From Candidatus Tritonobacter lacicola (GTDB taxonomy: Bacteria > Auribacterota > Tritonobacteria > Tritonobacterales > Tritonobacteraceae), in assembly GCA_030765135.1 (NCBI GenBank), contig JAVCDC010000145.1:7175-71174 (forward strand): a DNA stretch of 64,000 bases. Reading direction: 5' to 3'. The stretch's first letter is position 1. Each line of letters begins with the position of its first letter. Position numbers and translations under genes: made by a program. Under the pieces are notes generated by a model. It searched no databases and was not told the origin of the DNA. It was given only the letters and a program-made list of their open reading frames with translations. This document shows, piece after piece, positions 49,210 to 59,059 of this stretch.

Positions 49210-50049
49210 ATGGTACGACAAACGATTTCCCTTTGTGCCTTGACCGGGCTTCTCGTGGTGGCCGGGGGGGGCGTCTCCGAGCCTGCGGCTACTGTGATCG
49301 ACAAGGCGGAACCCGTCGCCCGGGACGGCGTGGAACCCAAGGCCAACGAAATCCTCTATCGAGCATGCACGTATCTCCAGCAGGCCAAGACTTTCCAATT
49401 CCAGGCCGACGTGACGCGCGACGTGATTCTCTATGACGGTGTGCGGGTGCAGTACGGCGGTGTCTCGAAGGTCACCGTGCAGAGGCCGAATAAATTGCGA
49501 GCGATCTTCAACGGCGACGAACGATCCCGTCGGAGCTACTTTGACGGGGAAATCCTCACCATTTATTCCCTCACCCGCAACAACTACGCCCAGGCGAAGA
49601 TCCCGGGCACGATCGACGAGGCCATCGACCACGTGTTCGAGACATTCGGCTTCTCGGTCCCATTGGCGGACCTCGTCTACGCCGACCCCTACAGCGTGCT
49701 GATCGAGAACGTTAACGAGGGGCACTTCATCGGCCGGCACAAGATCGACGGCGTGGTGTGCGATCACCTTGCGTTCCAGCAGGAGCTGATCGACTGGCAG
49801 ATATGGATCGAGACCGATAAAACCCCCCTGGTGCGGAAAGTGGTGATCACCTACAAGACGGAAGAAGGCTGCCCTGAATACGAAGCCGTGCTCTCGCACT
49901 GGAAGCTGAATCCCTCGGTGCGCGACGCTGATTTCGAATTCACCCCGCCGGCGGATGTCGCGAAAATCGAATTCCTTCCGTGCGACGAGGGATCCGGGGA
50001 GGAAGAGGAATCCCAGGCCGTCGGAGCCGAAGAAGCGGAGGCGAAATAG
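49210..50049 (+). CDS. DUF2092 periplasmic protein (LolA-like fold)
   Basis: RPNKLR, PLADLVY, CDHLAFQQELIDWQIWI. Confidence 0.88.
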   Translation: MVRQTISLCALTGLLVVAGGGVSEPAATVIDKAEPVARDGVEPKANEILYRACTYLQQAKTFQFQADVTRDVILYDGVRVQYGGVSKVTVQRPNKLRAIFNGDERSRRSYFDGEILTIYSLTRNNYAQAKIPGTIDEAIDHVFETFGFSVPLADLVYADPYSVLIENVNEGHFIGRHKIDGVVCDHLAFQQELIDWQIWIETDKTPLVRKVVITYKTEEGCPEYEAVLSHWKLNPSVRDADFEFTPPADVAKIEFLPCDEGSGEEEESQAVGAEEAEAK

Positions 50050-50051
50050 CC

Positions 50052-51269
50052 ATGAAACAGACAAATACCAGAAGTAGGATTGGACGGATTTTACCGATTC
50101 TCGCCGGCGCGGCCGCGGTGATAGCACTGTGCTTTATGATGTCCAATGCCGACGCCCAACGCCGTGGTGGCGGCGGCCGTGGCGGCGGGGGCGGAGGCCG
50201 TGGCGGCGGAGGCGGAAGCCGTGGCGGCGGTGGCAGAAGCCGTGGCGGCGGCCGAGGAAGTGTGCGGCATTCAAGTGCGCGCTCACCAAGCCGACCCACC
50301 TCGCGACCGAGTTCGCCTTACACCCGGCCCTCCAGGCCCAGCACTCGCCCGAGCTCGCCATCGACCCGGCCCTCCAGGCCCAGCACACGGCCGAGTTCAC
50401 CATCGACCCGGCCCTCCAGGCCCGGCACACGGCCGAGTTCACCGTCCACCCGGCCCTCCAGGCCCGGCACACGGCCGAGTTCACCATCGACCCGGCCCTC
50501 CGGGCCCGGCACACGCCCGGGTTCGCCGTCCCAACTTCCCAGCCGTCCCTCACGCCCCGGCGGCGGAGATCGCCCCGGCGGCGGAACTCGCCCCAGCCAT
50601 AGACCTTCCGGCGGCTACAAGGGTGGAAAGGAGTATCATAGTAGCAGTCACTATCACGGCAGTCATTATGGTGGCTACTACCGCGATAAGCACTACAAAC
50701 ACTGGAAAGATTGCCGACGCGATTGGTACCGGTACCGAACGATCAACGGCATAATCGCCGCAGGGGCCTATGTCGCGACCCGTCCCCGGTACTACTCGAC
50801 AGTCGTGGTCTCCGACACGCCCTACTACTACTGGGGCGGGACGTACTACGCTGGCTCGGGCTCCCGATACGTCGTGGTCAATCCCCCTGTCGGGGCGGTC
50901 GTCTACGCCGTCCCTGCCCCGACAACGGTGGTCTACGCCGATTCCCAGCCGTATTACTATATCGACGGGACGTATTATGTAGCCACCGACCAGGAAGCCA
51001 ACCTGCCCGAAGAAAATCCCGAATACGAGGAGACGCAGGAGGACTCCGGGCAAGACGACCCCGAGATGATCGAGTCGGATGAGCACAACTACGAGGTCGT
51101 GGCTCCGCCCGTTGGGGCTACGGTGCCCTATCTGCCCGAGGAAGACGAGAAGAAGACAATCGATGAAAAGACATACTACGTCAAGGATGGCACATATTAC
51201 CGGGCCTTCGCAAGCGACGGGGACACCGTCTACATGGTGGTCGAAGACCCGACCAAGGCGGGTGAATGA
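50052..51269 (+). CDS. Secreted low-complexity protein (RGG, Pro/Ser/Arg repeats, Tyr-rich DUF6515-like C-terminus)
   Basis: ATG 2 nt after the DUF2092 stop; signal peptide; YVVVNPPVGAVV and YEVVAPPVGATV repeats. Confidence 0.8.
   Translation: MKQTNTRSRIGRILPILAGAAAVIALCFMMSNADAQRRGGGGRGGGGGGRGGGGGSRGGGGRSRGGGRGSVRHSSARSPSRPTSRPSSPYTRPSRPSTRPSSPSTRPSRPSTRPSSPSTRPSRPGTRPSSPSTRPSRPGTRPSSPSTRPSGPGTRPGSPSQLPSRPSRPGGGDRPGGGTRPSHRPSGGYKGGKEYHSSSHYHGSHYGGYYRDKHYKHWKDCRRDWYRYRTINGIIAAGAYVATRPRYYSTVVVSDTPYYYWGGTYYAGSGSRYVVVNPPVGAVVYAVPAPTTVVYADSQPYYYIDGTYYVATDQEANLPEENPEYEETQEDSGQDDPEMIESDEHNYEVVAPPVGATVPYLPEEDEKKTIDEKTYYVKDGTYYRAFASDGDTVYMVVEDPTKAGE
50304..50513 (+). repeat. Coding tandem repeat, 5 x 42 bp (RPSSPSTRPSRPS/GT)
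   Basis: Unit cggccgagttcaccatcgacccggccctccaggcccggcaca with few substitutions. Confidence 0.9.
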
Positions 51270-51434
51270 TGTAAGGTCATGACGTACCACACAGCCCGCA
51301 TGCCTCCCCCACCACGGAGCCATGCGGGCTTTTCTTTTGGTTCTGCCGGAAAACGCTGACACAGGCCCGGACGGCGCGTTCTGACAGCCCTGGAATAATC
51401 CGGAAAGATATAACTGATTTCCCGGGCCTGGCTT

Positions 51435-51719
51435 CTACTTTGGGCGGGCAGGAGAGCTCGTGCCGGCGACGGGGACCCGCCGTTGGGGGGGGTAATATGC
51501 GGCGCCGGTATGGGGCCTATTGTATAAAGAAGGCCGGTAACTACTGCGGCGGTTGTGATAGTGGACGGAGCCGTGTCGGGGATATTTATAGCCTCGCGAG
51601 CGGCTATACCCTCTACTGCTTCGGCTGCGTGCGAACGCAAGGCCGGCAGAAAGAATGAAGGCTATTATAATAGCTGAAAGGATTATCCGCGTATGTATTC
51701 GTGGAGAGAGCACTGTCAT
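51435..51719 (-). CDS. Short secreted Arg/Ser/Tyr-rich protein, possibly a truncated counterpart of 50052-51269
   Basis: Signal peptide (AFA); start overlaps the DUF2092 stop. Confidence 0.5.
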   Translation of the reverse strand: MTVLSPRIHTRIILSAIIIAFILSAGLAFARSRSSRGYSRSRGYKYPRHGSVHYHNRRSSYRPSLYNRPHTGAAYYPPQRRVPVAGTSSPARPK

Positions 51720-52483
51720 TCCCCCCTTTCGATTTCGAGCAGAACGTCCATGTCCACCCGTTTGACGCCGGCAGAAGGCCGGAATTCGAAATTCGTATCC
51801 GGCAGCTTCGGCGAGAGATTCCAGTCGGAGAAAATCGCCTCGTACTGCGGGTGTTCCGGCTCATCGATGTATGTGATAAGGAACTTGCGCGGCACCGCCT
51901 CCTCGCCGGCATCGATCCATATCTGCCAGTCGATCAGCTCCTGGTGAAAAGCAAGCAGGTGGCAATCGTGGCCGTCGATCTCCTGCACGCCGAGGTACTC
52001 GCCGCTCTCTATTTTTGCAAAGAGCACCTCGGTCGGCTTGTTGAAAAGGAGATCGGCGAAGGGGAGCACCAGATTGTACTCGTCCATCATGTGATTGAGC
52101 ATGGCGTTGAGCCTGGAGGGCACCTCTATAGACGCGTAAACGTTTTTCTTCCTGTCCAGTATGGTCAGCTCCTTCCCGTCGTACCAGGCGGTGCGGTTGA
52201 TGGTGTCGCCGCGCCTGGTCGCGAGCATTTTATCGGGGCGCCTGATCTCCACATCGCATTCTCTGGCAAACTCGATCATGGTACCGTCATCGATAAACTC
52301 GTCTGTCCTGACTGTGCCCCGGAAGCTGAACTCCTCGGCGCCGGCCAGTGTCTTCTCCATTTTTCGCAGGGCATCGTCCACCTGCGGGTCGATTGCGCGA
52401 TTCGATGACAGGGTGGCGCACCCGGCACAGGTGAACAGGATAAGCAGTAAGGCGAGAACGAAAACAGTATTACAGTTTACCAT
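51716..52483 (-). CDS. DUF2092 lipoprotein
   Basis: CAGC lipobox; RPDKM, PFADLL, CHLLAFHQELIDWQIWI. Confidence 0.88.
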   Translation of the reverse strand: MVNCNTVFVLALLLILFTCAGCATLSSNRAIDPQVDDALRKMEKTLAGAEEFSFRGTVRTDEFIDDGTMIEFARECDVEIRRPDKMLATRRGDTINRTAWYDGKELTILDRKKNVYASIEVPSRLNAMLNHMMDEYNLVLPFADLLFNKPTEVLFAKIESGEYLGVQEIDGHDCHLLAFHQELIDWQIWIDAGEEAVPRKFLITYIDEPEHPQYEAIFSDWNLSPKLPDTNFEFRPSAGVKRVDMDVLLEIERGE

Positions 52484-52525
52484 CTCGGGTCCCTCCCGTT
52501 AGTGGTTCGACAGGCAGTTTGTGTC

Positions 52526-52555
52526 TTTATACATTATACCATACCGAATAGTCAA
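52526..52555 (-). promoter_or_regulatory. Sigma70-like promoter
   Basis: Minus strand TTGACT-18 nt-TATAAA. Confidence 0.45.
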
Positions 52556-52637
52556 ATAACGATTCGCGGAGGCGATTGACGGTGACCCGCGGGGCTGATA
52601 CGATATCGGTCCTGAGGCGAGTGTAACAGGAGGGCCT

Positions 52638-53453
52638 GTGGGAGTCCGGAAAATCGAGGAACGGGATATAGATCGACTGCTCTGGATCGAGTCGATTGCA
52701 TGGCGGGACAGCGTCCAGTTCGACGAGAAGCATCTCAGGTCACAGATTGAAATTTTCCCGGAAGGCCAGTTGTGTTCCGAGGACGAGCAGGGCGAGATAT
52801 GGGGCTTCGTAAATATGATGCAGTTCAGGTTCGACCCGCGCAGGCCCCTCGACGCATCCTGGAGCGAGATTACGGCGGACGGCTACATCACCACTCATGA
52901 TCCCGGAGAGAACTGGCTGTTCGGGGTGAATCTCTCGGTGCACCCGCAGGGGTATTTCGCGGGGGCGGCGGATGCGCTGATAGTCGGCGCGGCGAAGGTG
53001 TGCGCGTCCATGCATCTAAGGGGTATTCTGCTCGTCGGCCGCTTGCCCGGCTACTCCAGGTGGCTGCGCGACCAGGCGCGGGCGGGCAAGGACCTTAACG
53101 GCGCGGATATTGATCTGGCGCGCTCCTACGTGGACACGCGGGTTCACGGGGACAACGGAAACACGCGGCGGCTGGACCCCCAGGTCGAGCTTTACGAGAG
53201 CTTCGGCATGAATATCCTCGGACCGGTGGCGAATTTCATCCCCGACAAGAAGAGCCTCGACTTCGGTGTTTCGATGGTATGGCAAAACGTTTTATATTTC
53301 CCTTTCTATCTGTTTCCGTCGACGCGCGCGTGGAAAAAGATTATTTACGGGCCGGTCGGGAAGATGATGGAGCGGACTTATCTCGGTGTGTTGACCAAGG
53401 TTCAGAGTTCCCGATTCAAAGCTGAAATCCCGGGGCCCGATCTCACGCCCTGA
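52638..53453 (+). CDS. GNAT-fold acyltransferase (YkwB-like)
   Basis: SQIEIFPEGQL, WSEITADGYITTHDP, LSVHP, GRLPGY, DP...WQN; AGGAGG RBS. Confidence 0.8.
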   Translation: MGVRKIEERDIDRLLWIESIAWRDSVQFDEKHLRSQIEIFPEGQLCSEDEQGEIWGFVNMMQFRFDPRRPLDASWSEITADGYITTHDPGENWLFGVNLSVHPQGYFAGAADALIVGAAKVCASMHLRGILLVGRLPGYSRWLRDQARAGKDLNGADIDLARSYVDTRVHGDNGNTRRLDPQVELYESFGMNILGPVANFIPDKKSLDFGVSMVWQNVLYFPFYLFPSTRAWKKIIYGPVGKMMERTYLGVLTKVQSSRFKAEIPGPDLTP

Positions 53454-53474
53454 CGATTCTAAGACAGGATATCG

Positions 53475-54911
53475 ATGCGAGTCTTGTTCATAAACCCTCC
53501 TGAGTGCGCCGCCTCCGGCTTGATCGATCTGGCAGAGTTCGAGCCCCTCGGTCTCGAGATTCTGGCAGCGAGCCTTCCCCACCATGACACACATCTGATC
53601 GATCTCATTTTCGAGGAGAAGAGCGTCGAAACGGCGATATCCGAGTTCAAACCGGACGTGATCTGCATGGGATGCTTCACCTCCCAGGTTTACATGGTGA
53701 AGGAACTGCTCCGACTGGCTAAACGCTGCAAGCCGGATGTCGTGACGATAGTGGGAGGATACCACCCCACATTCATGCCTGGTGATTTCGATGAACCCTA
53801 TATCGATATCCTGGGCATAGGGCCGGGCGTGCAGACGCTCGTCGAAGTTATCGATACGCTCGAAGACGGAGGCGACACGTGTACGGTTCCCGGGCTTTAC
53901 GTGCGGCGCGATGGAGAAATGTTCAGAACTCCCGCTCGCGTATATCCTAAGACGCTCGATAACGAGCCTTTCCCCGATAGGCGTATATCGGCGAGATACA
54001 GAAAGAAATACCACGTCTTCGGCGTCGGTCCCATTGCGGTGCTGCGCACGAGCGAAGGCTGCCCCTATCGATGCAAGTTCTGCTGTATATGGAACTTCAC
54101 GGGGGGGGCCTACAGGGTGCGCTCGCCGGAACTCGTCGCGGATGAACTGGAGCAGATTGAAGAGGATTACGTCTATATTTTCGACGACGATTTCCTCTTT
54201 TCCCGTCCGCGCGTGCAGGCCCTCTACGATGCCATCGCATCACGGGGATTAAAGAAAAAGTACTGGTGCTTCGGTAGGGCGGATTTCATATGTGACAATA
54301 CGGATCTGGTGGAAAAATGGGCCGGGCTGGGGATGACCAACGTCTATATCGGCATGGAAGCGTGCACCGACGCGGAACTGGACGCCCTCAACAAGCGCTC
54401 GACCGTCGAAATAAATACCGAGGCGGTTCAAATACTCAGGCGGAACGGCATCACGCCTGACCTGGGATTTATCATGAGGCCGGAGTCCACCAAGAAGGAT
54501 TTTGATGCCCTCCTCGCCTATGTCAAATCCCTCGGCATACACAGGGATGGCTACGCCGAGTACATGAGCCTGACTCCGCTGCCCGGGACGGAACTATGGG
54601 ACGAGATGCAGGACGATCTTGTCACCAGGGACTTCCGCTTCTTCGACCTCATATATCCCGTCTTGAAGACGAAAATGCCGATAAAGCCATATTTCCGCGA
54701 GCTCACGAAGCTCTACGTGAGGACCTACCTTAACCTTGGCCTCTTCAATAGGACAATACGGGGAAATCCGCTGGGGCTGAACCCGCTGGGCACGTTCAAG
54801 AGCGTGATTGCCTCTGCTAAGTTTCTGTGGAAGCTGCTGAAGGCGTGCTGCATGGGCACCCGCGGATACGTTCCCCGCAGTTTTGGGAGTTCGCGAGATC
54901 ATGCCGACTGA
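53475..54911 (+). CDS. Cobalamin-binding radical SAM enzyme (class B methylase, HpnR-like)
   Basis: EPLGLEILAA, GGYHPT, CPYRCKFC, DDDF, TPLPGT. Confidence 0.9.
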   Translation: MRVLFINPPECAASGLIDLAEFEPLGLEILAASLPHHDTHLIDLIFEEKSVETAISEFKPDVICMGCFTSQVYMVKELLRLAKRCKPDVVTIVGGYHPTFMPGDFDEPYIDILGIGPGVQTLVEVIDTLEDGGDTCTVPGLYVRRDGEMFRTPARVYPKTLDNEPFPDRRISARYRKKYHVFGVGPIAVLRTSEGCPYRCKFCCIWNFTGGAYRVRSPELVADELEQIEEDYVYIFDDDFLFSRPRVQALYDAIASRGLKKKYWCFGRADFICDNTDLVEKWAGLGMTNVYIGMEACTDAELDALNKRSTVEINTEAVQILRRNGITPDLGFIMRPESTKKDFDALLAYVKSLGIHRDGYAEYMSLTPLPGTELWDEMQDDLVTRDFRFFDLIYPVLKTKMPIKPYFRELTKLYVRTYLNLGLFNRTIRGNPLGLNPLGTFKSVIASAKFLWKLLKACCMGTRGYVPRSFGSSRDHAD

Positions 54912-55488
54912 ACGCGTCGTGAAGATAGAGAGAATGCCGGCCGACGAGATGTGGAAGCGCACGCTCGGGCCCTACGTGTGCCTGTATGGGAAGTCGATTG
55001 AATACATCGAGGAGCGCTTCGGCAGGGACGAGGCGGTCGAATGGGTGAAGCGCATGGAGCGGGACTACCGGGAGGAGCACAGGTCGCTACACCTGAGCGT
55101 CGCCAACGTCCTGGAGCGCTTCACGCCGGGGAAGGCGCTGCGCGACAAGGTGGGGCTGCTCATCCTCCGGGAAAAAGTCAAGCGTACGTTCTACGAGTAC
55201 CAGTTCCTCTACAACGCCACGGAGTACGTAGCGAAAGAGATTCTCGACAAGGGGGGCCGCATGATCGCGGGCAGGCTTGATTTTCAGCAGTGTCCCTATG
55301 TTGCTGCCATGAAGGACATCCCCAAGAAGGTCAGGCCTAAACGGGAGACCTTTTGCCGATATGACTGTCGGGGACCGTTTCACGACGAGTTTTGCAAGTT
55401 CATAGGGTTTCGCATCCGCATTGAGCCGGCAGGAGAGGGATGCGTGTGGTACATCGATCCGCCGGAAGATCTGATGCCGGAGGATTGA
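54901..55488 (+). CDS. Hypothetical Cys-rich protein (V4R/ATC-hydrolase-like)
   Basis: CPY...CRYDC...C...C; start overlaps the radical SAM stop. Confidence 0.6.
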   Translation: MPTERVVKIERMPADEMWKRTLGPYVCLYGKSIEYIEERFGRDEAVEWVKRMERDYREEHRSLHLSVANVLERFTPGKALRDKVGLLILREKVKRTFYEYQFLYNATEYVAKEILDKGGRMIAGRLDFQQCPYVAAMKDIPKKVRPKRETFCRYDCRGPFHDEFCKFIGFRIRIEPAGEGCVWYIDPPEDLMPED

Positions 55489-55521
55489 ACATCCACCATT
55501 CTATTATCGAAAGAGGGCGAT

Positions 55522-56226
55522 ATGTGTAAAGAGACCCGGCGCATAGTTCAGCTGCGTAATGTATTCAAATCCTTTAAAACCGGCGATGTAGTAACGGAGG
55601 TGCTCAAAGGCGTCGACCTCGTTCTGGCGAATGGGGAATTTGCGGTAATCTTCGGTCCCTCGGGCTGCGGCAAGACCACGCTTCTTAACATTATCGGCGC
55701 TCTCGATACTCCTTCATCCGGCTCCGTCAATGTGGGCGGTCAGGAATTGGATCGGATGAACCGCACGCAGTTGACCAAATTCCGCAAAGATAAAATAGGT
55801 TTTATATTTCAAGCGTATAACCTGCTTCCCACTCTGACCGCACTGGAGAATGTGGAAGCGGCACTCGAGCTGCTCCCGTTTGCAAGTCGGAAGGAAATGA
55901 AGCAGCGCGCGCTCGACTATTTGAGTCGCGTGGAGCTAAGCGACAAGGCAGACAAGTTCCCGGCGCAGCTCTCCGGCGGCGAACAGCAGCGTGTCGCGAT
56001 TGCGCGTGCCCTGGCGAAGCAGCCACGGCTGGTGCTTGCGGACGAACCCACGGGCAATCTTGACGAGGCGACGAGTGAGCGCATCCTGGGAACCATGCGC
56101 ACCCTTAATGCCGAAACGGGTGCGACTTTCGCAATCGTCAGCCACGACCCCAACCTGGCGGAGCTGGCCGACAGGGTTGTCCAGCTTTCCGACGGGAAGA
56201 TTGAGAGTGAAAAAACTCACCCTTAA
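55522..56226 (+). CDS. ABC transporter ATP-binding protein (LolD/MacB type)
   Basis: GPSGCGKTT, LSGGEQQR, LADEPTGNLD, SHD. Confidence 0.95.
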   Translation: MCKETRRIVQLRNVFKSFKTGDVVTEVLKGVDLVLANGEFAVIFGPSGCGKTTLLNIIGALDTPSSGSVNVGGQELDRMNRTQLTKFRKDKIGFIFQAYNLLPTLTALENVEAALELLPFASRKEMKQRALDYLSRVELSDKADKFPAQLSGGEQQRVAIARALAKQPRLVLADEPTGNLDEATSERILGTMRTLNAETGATFAIVSHDPNLAELADRVVQLSDGKIESEKTHP

Positions 56227-58630
56227 AGCCTTCCGCGATCTGAAAGCAATGAAGCTGCGCGGGCTGATGATAGTACTTATCATCGCTTGTCAGGCCGCCA
56301 TTTATTCCGGTGGACTATGTTCGAAGCTCACTCTCTCCCGCTCGGTCGACGATTTCTGCAATAATCATAACCTTGCCGACCTCCAGGTTACGTTCGACGT
56401 CACGACGGCCGACCGCCTGCCGGCGCTGGATGACGTCAAGGGCATCAGGAAAGTCGAGTCGCGCCTGGCTCTCGACGGCTCCATTAAACTCGAAGATAAT
56501 ACAACGATCCCCGCCGTCATCATTTTTATGCGCGACGGTGAAAATCCCGCCATCGACACGCTCGATATCGAAGACGGTGTGTTTCCCTCGAAAGGTGATC
56601 TCGGTGTCGTGATCGAGCGGGGACTGAAGGACAAAGGCTACACGGTCGGCGATAAAATCACCGTCAGCGCGTACGATTTTACATCGACGCAACCGATCGT
56701 CGGCATCGCCCGCAGCCCCGAGTTCCTCGTAAGCACGGCCAATCCGGAAATGCTGATTCCGACTCCCGGCTCTCTTGGCATTATCTACGCACCCGTCGAA
56801 TGCGTCGAGAAGGAAATCAAAAAGCTGTCGCGCGTTCTCCGCGGCTCCGATCCCGTCAACCAGCTACTCTTCCTGTATGATGATTCCGCCCTTCGGCAGG
56901 CTCGGGATCTTCGTCACGACTCCGATCTTCAAAAAAGAATATTAGCCCGCCTTTCGGGTGCGAAGAAAAAGCTCAGGATTAAGAAAGTCGTCAGTCGCAA
57001 CGAGCAGTTCGGAATAAAGTTCCTGCAGCAGGATCTCAAGATGTTCCGCGTGGTCGTACTGGCCATTGTCGTCATCTTCAGCGTGGTCACTCTCATCGTC
57101 ACCGGCATCAGCGTGAACCGGGTCGTCATGTCTCAGAGACGGGAGATAGGCGCGCTTATGGCTTTCGGCTATCGTTCGGGCGCGATAATGAAGTCCTGCT
57201 TTCTGCTCGGCTTCCTGATGGGTCTGGCGGGGGGGCTCGTCGGCGCCGCGGCCTCTCCGGCCGTGAACTATCTTCTGGCGGAGACTTATGCCTCGGCGAT
57301 AAGCCTGCCCCCTATAACGCTTGCATTCACTGCGGGGATTCTGATTGAAGGCGTGGTAATCGGGATACTGGTGGCGTCGGTCGCCGCGGTCGTGCCGGTG
57401 ATCAAACTGGTGCGCCTGACACCCGTCCAGGCGATGCGCGGGGGCACTGACGGCGCAGTGCAGCGCGTTGCCGTGCTTGCGAGGGTCGCGGGCGCGCTCA
57501 CGGGAGCGCTGTCGCGATCGTTGCCTCAAAGGGCCGCGGCGCGCAACCTCTTCCGCAGGTTAAAACTGACCGCAGCCACGATTCTCCTGATAGCGCTCGG
57601 CCTCGGCATAACTGCCGGTTTCGTGATCACCCTCAGTTCCGTTTTAAAAAGCAGCGCCGCCCTACTGCAGCGCAACAAGTGGGACATGATCGCGGACTTC
57701 ACGGAGCCGCAGTCCGGCAAAAAGGGCCTCGCGCTATGCAAAGAGGCCGGACTCGTCGACCCCGAATTGTTTGTGAAAGGGTACGCGTCAATATCCATCC
57801 GTGGGCGCATCGCCGACTACCAGTTTGTCGGCATGCCGTCTGACTCGACGCTGCAGTCACTCAGGCTTACCGAGGGGAAGGGATTCTCCGCCAACGACGC
57901 GGACGAGATAATATTCAACGCCAGCTTCTCGGATTGCGCCCCGCCGTCACCGGGCGACACGGTCGTCGTCACGAGCAGGGGGAGGGAGCACAGGCTAACG
58001 GTTGCCGGATTGATCAGCTCGCTTTCGACCGGCCAGGCGTATGTTCCCCTCGAAACCGCCCGCCGCATTCTCGGGCTCGAGGCTGAATGCTCGGGGTTCA
58101 TGGCGAAGCTGGACGGGACGGGGGCAGCCGGGGCAAAGGAGAGGCTCTACGCGTCGGACCTCGTCAGCCGGGTCACGGTGAGGTCGAAACTCGAGAGCGT
58201 AATCGAGCAGCAGCTCGCAAAGGCGACCAACCTGATCGCGCTGGCCGTCGTCATCGGCGCGGTCGTCACACTGGCGATCGTGATCAACACCATGTCGATG
58301 AACATTCTCGAGCGCGAGGGTGAGTTCGCCACCCTGATGTCGCTCGGGTACGGACGCCTGCCGCTCGCGCGAATGGTGATCACGGAGGTGTTCGCCATGG
58401 GAATCGCCGCGCTCGTGCTCGCGGTTCCCATCGCCGTCGGGATTGCGCGTTACATGAACGCCGAGCTGAGCCATGTCTGGTTCCACATCGATACCTACGT
58501 GACGCTGAAAGACTTCGAGATGACATTGCTGTTGCCGTTTCTGCTGCTTCCGCTTGCAGCGGTGCCGGCCCTGCGGCACGTGTTCAGGCTCAACATCGCG
58601 CTGGTGGTCAGGGAGCACGTCATAGAATGA
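56207..58630 (+). CDS. FtsX/MacB-like ABC permease, duplicated architecture
   Basis: GTG start overlapping the ATPase; SPEF, QRREIGALMAFG, EREGEFATLMSLG. Confidence 0.9.
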   Translation: MKKLTLKAFRDLKAMKLRGLMIVLIIACQAAIYSGGLCSKLTLSRSVDDFCNNHNLADLQVTFDVTTADRLPALDDVKGIRKVESRLALDGSIKLEDNTTIPAVIIFMRDGENPAIDTLDIEDGVFPSKGDLGVVIERGLKDKGYTVGDKITVSAYDFTSTQPIVGIARSPEFLVSTANPEMLIPTPGSLGIIYAPVECVEKEIKKLSRVLRGSDPVNQLLFLYDDSALRQARDLRHDSDLQKRILARLSGAKKKLRIKKVVSRNEQFGIKFLQQDLKMFRVVVLAIVVIFSVVTLIVTGISVNRVVMSQRREIGALMAFGYRSGAIMKSCFLLGFLMGLAGGLVGAAASPAVNYLLAETYASAISLPPITLAFTAGILIEGVVIGILVASVAAVVPVIKLVRLTPVQAMRGGTDGAVQRVAVLARVAGALTGALSRSLPQRAAARNLFRRLKLTAATILLIALGLGITAGFVITLSSVLKSSAALLQRNKWDMIADFTEPQSGKKGLALCKEAGLVDPELFVKGYASISIRGRIADYQFVGMPSDSTLQSLRLTEGKGFSANDADEIIFNASFSDCAPPSPGDTVVVTSRGREHRLTVAGLISSLSTGQAYVPLETARRILGLEAECSGFMAKLDGTGAAGAKERLYASDLVSRVTVRSKLESVIEQQLAKATNLIALAVVIGAVVTLAIVINTMSMNILEREGEFATLMSLGYGRLPLARMVITEVFAMGIAALVLAVPIAVGIARYMNAELSHVWFHIDTYVTLKDFEMTLLLPFLLLPLAAVPALRHVFRLNIALVVREHVIE

Positions 58631-58642
58631 TTGAACTATTTT
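58600..58642 (+). repeat. 43-bp direct repeat, copy 2 (spans the permease stop)
   Basis: Identical to 46767-46809. Confidence 0.95.
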
Positions 58643-58837
58643 TGGAAGGTGTTTCTCTCAGAGGCTTCCTCTCATGAGGAGGTAAAATACCTGAGGAAAC
58701 ATGAGCGTACGGGCCGACCTCTTGGAGACGATCGGTTTTTAAGTAAACTCGAGGAAAGGCTTGGGCGAGCTCTGCGGCCCAAGAAAGCCGGCCGCCCGCG
58801 GAAGTACGGCGAAAAATAAGTATGGTGTCCCCGGATT
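58631..58837 (+). mobile_element. C-terminal remnant of a RAYT/Y1 transposase with right-end motif
   Basis: LRKHERTGRPLGDDRFLSKLEERLGRALRPKKAGRPRK followed by aaataagtatggtgtccccgg. Confidence 0.7.
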
Positions 58838-59059
58838 AAGTCCAAGATCAGCCCAGCCCTGTAGGGCAATCTTCGTTCTTGTCTTTTTTACCGTGACGGG
58901 GAGATACGGTTAGCGTATCATAGAGTAGAGTTTTCCATTATATTTTCAGGCTATATGTGGTAGAATATTACTATTCTGGTTAGAGTACTCCCCGTCAATG
59001 CCAAATTTTGACGAGCGGGGAAGGCTCATAATGTGAGTATAACTATAGGGAGGTGCCGT

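Noticed and set aside
50304-50513. Possible CRISPR array
   Set aside because: Contiguous in-frame 42-bp units with no unique spacers and no cas genes
55991-56206. N-terminal extension of the permease in the ORF track
   Set aside because: Overlaps the ATPase gene; GTG at 56207 gives a typical start
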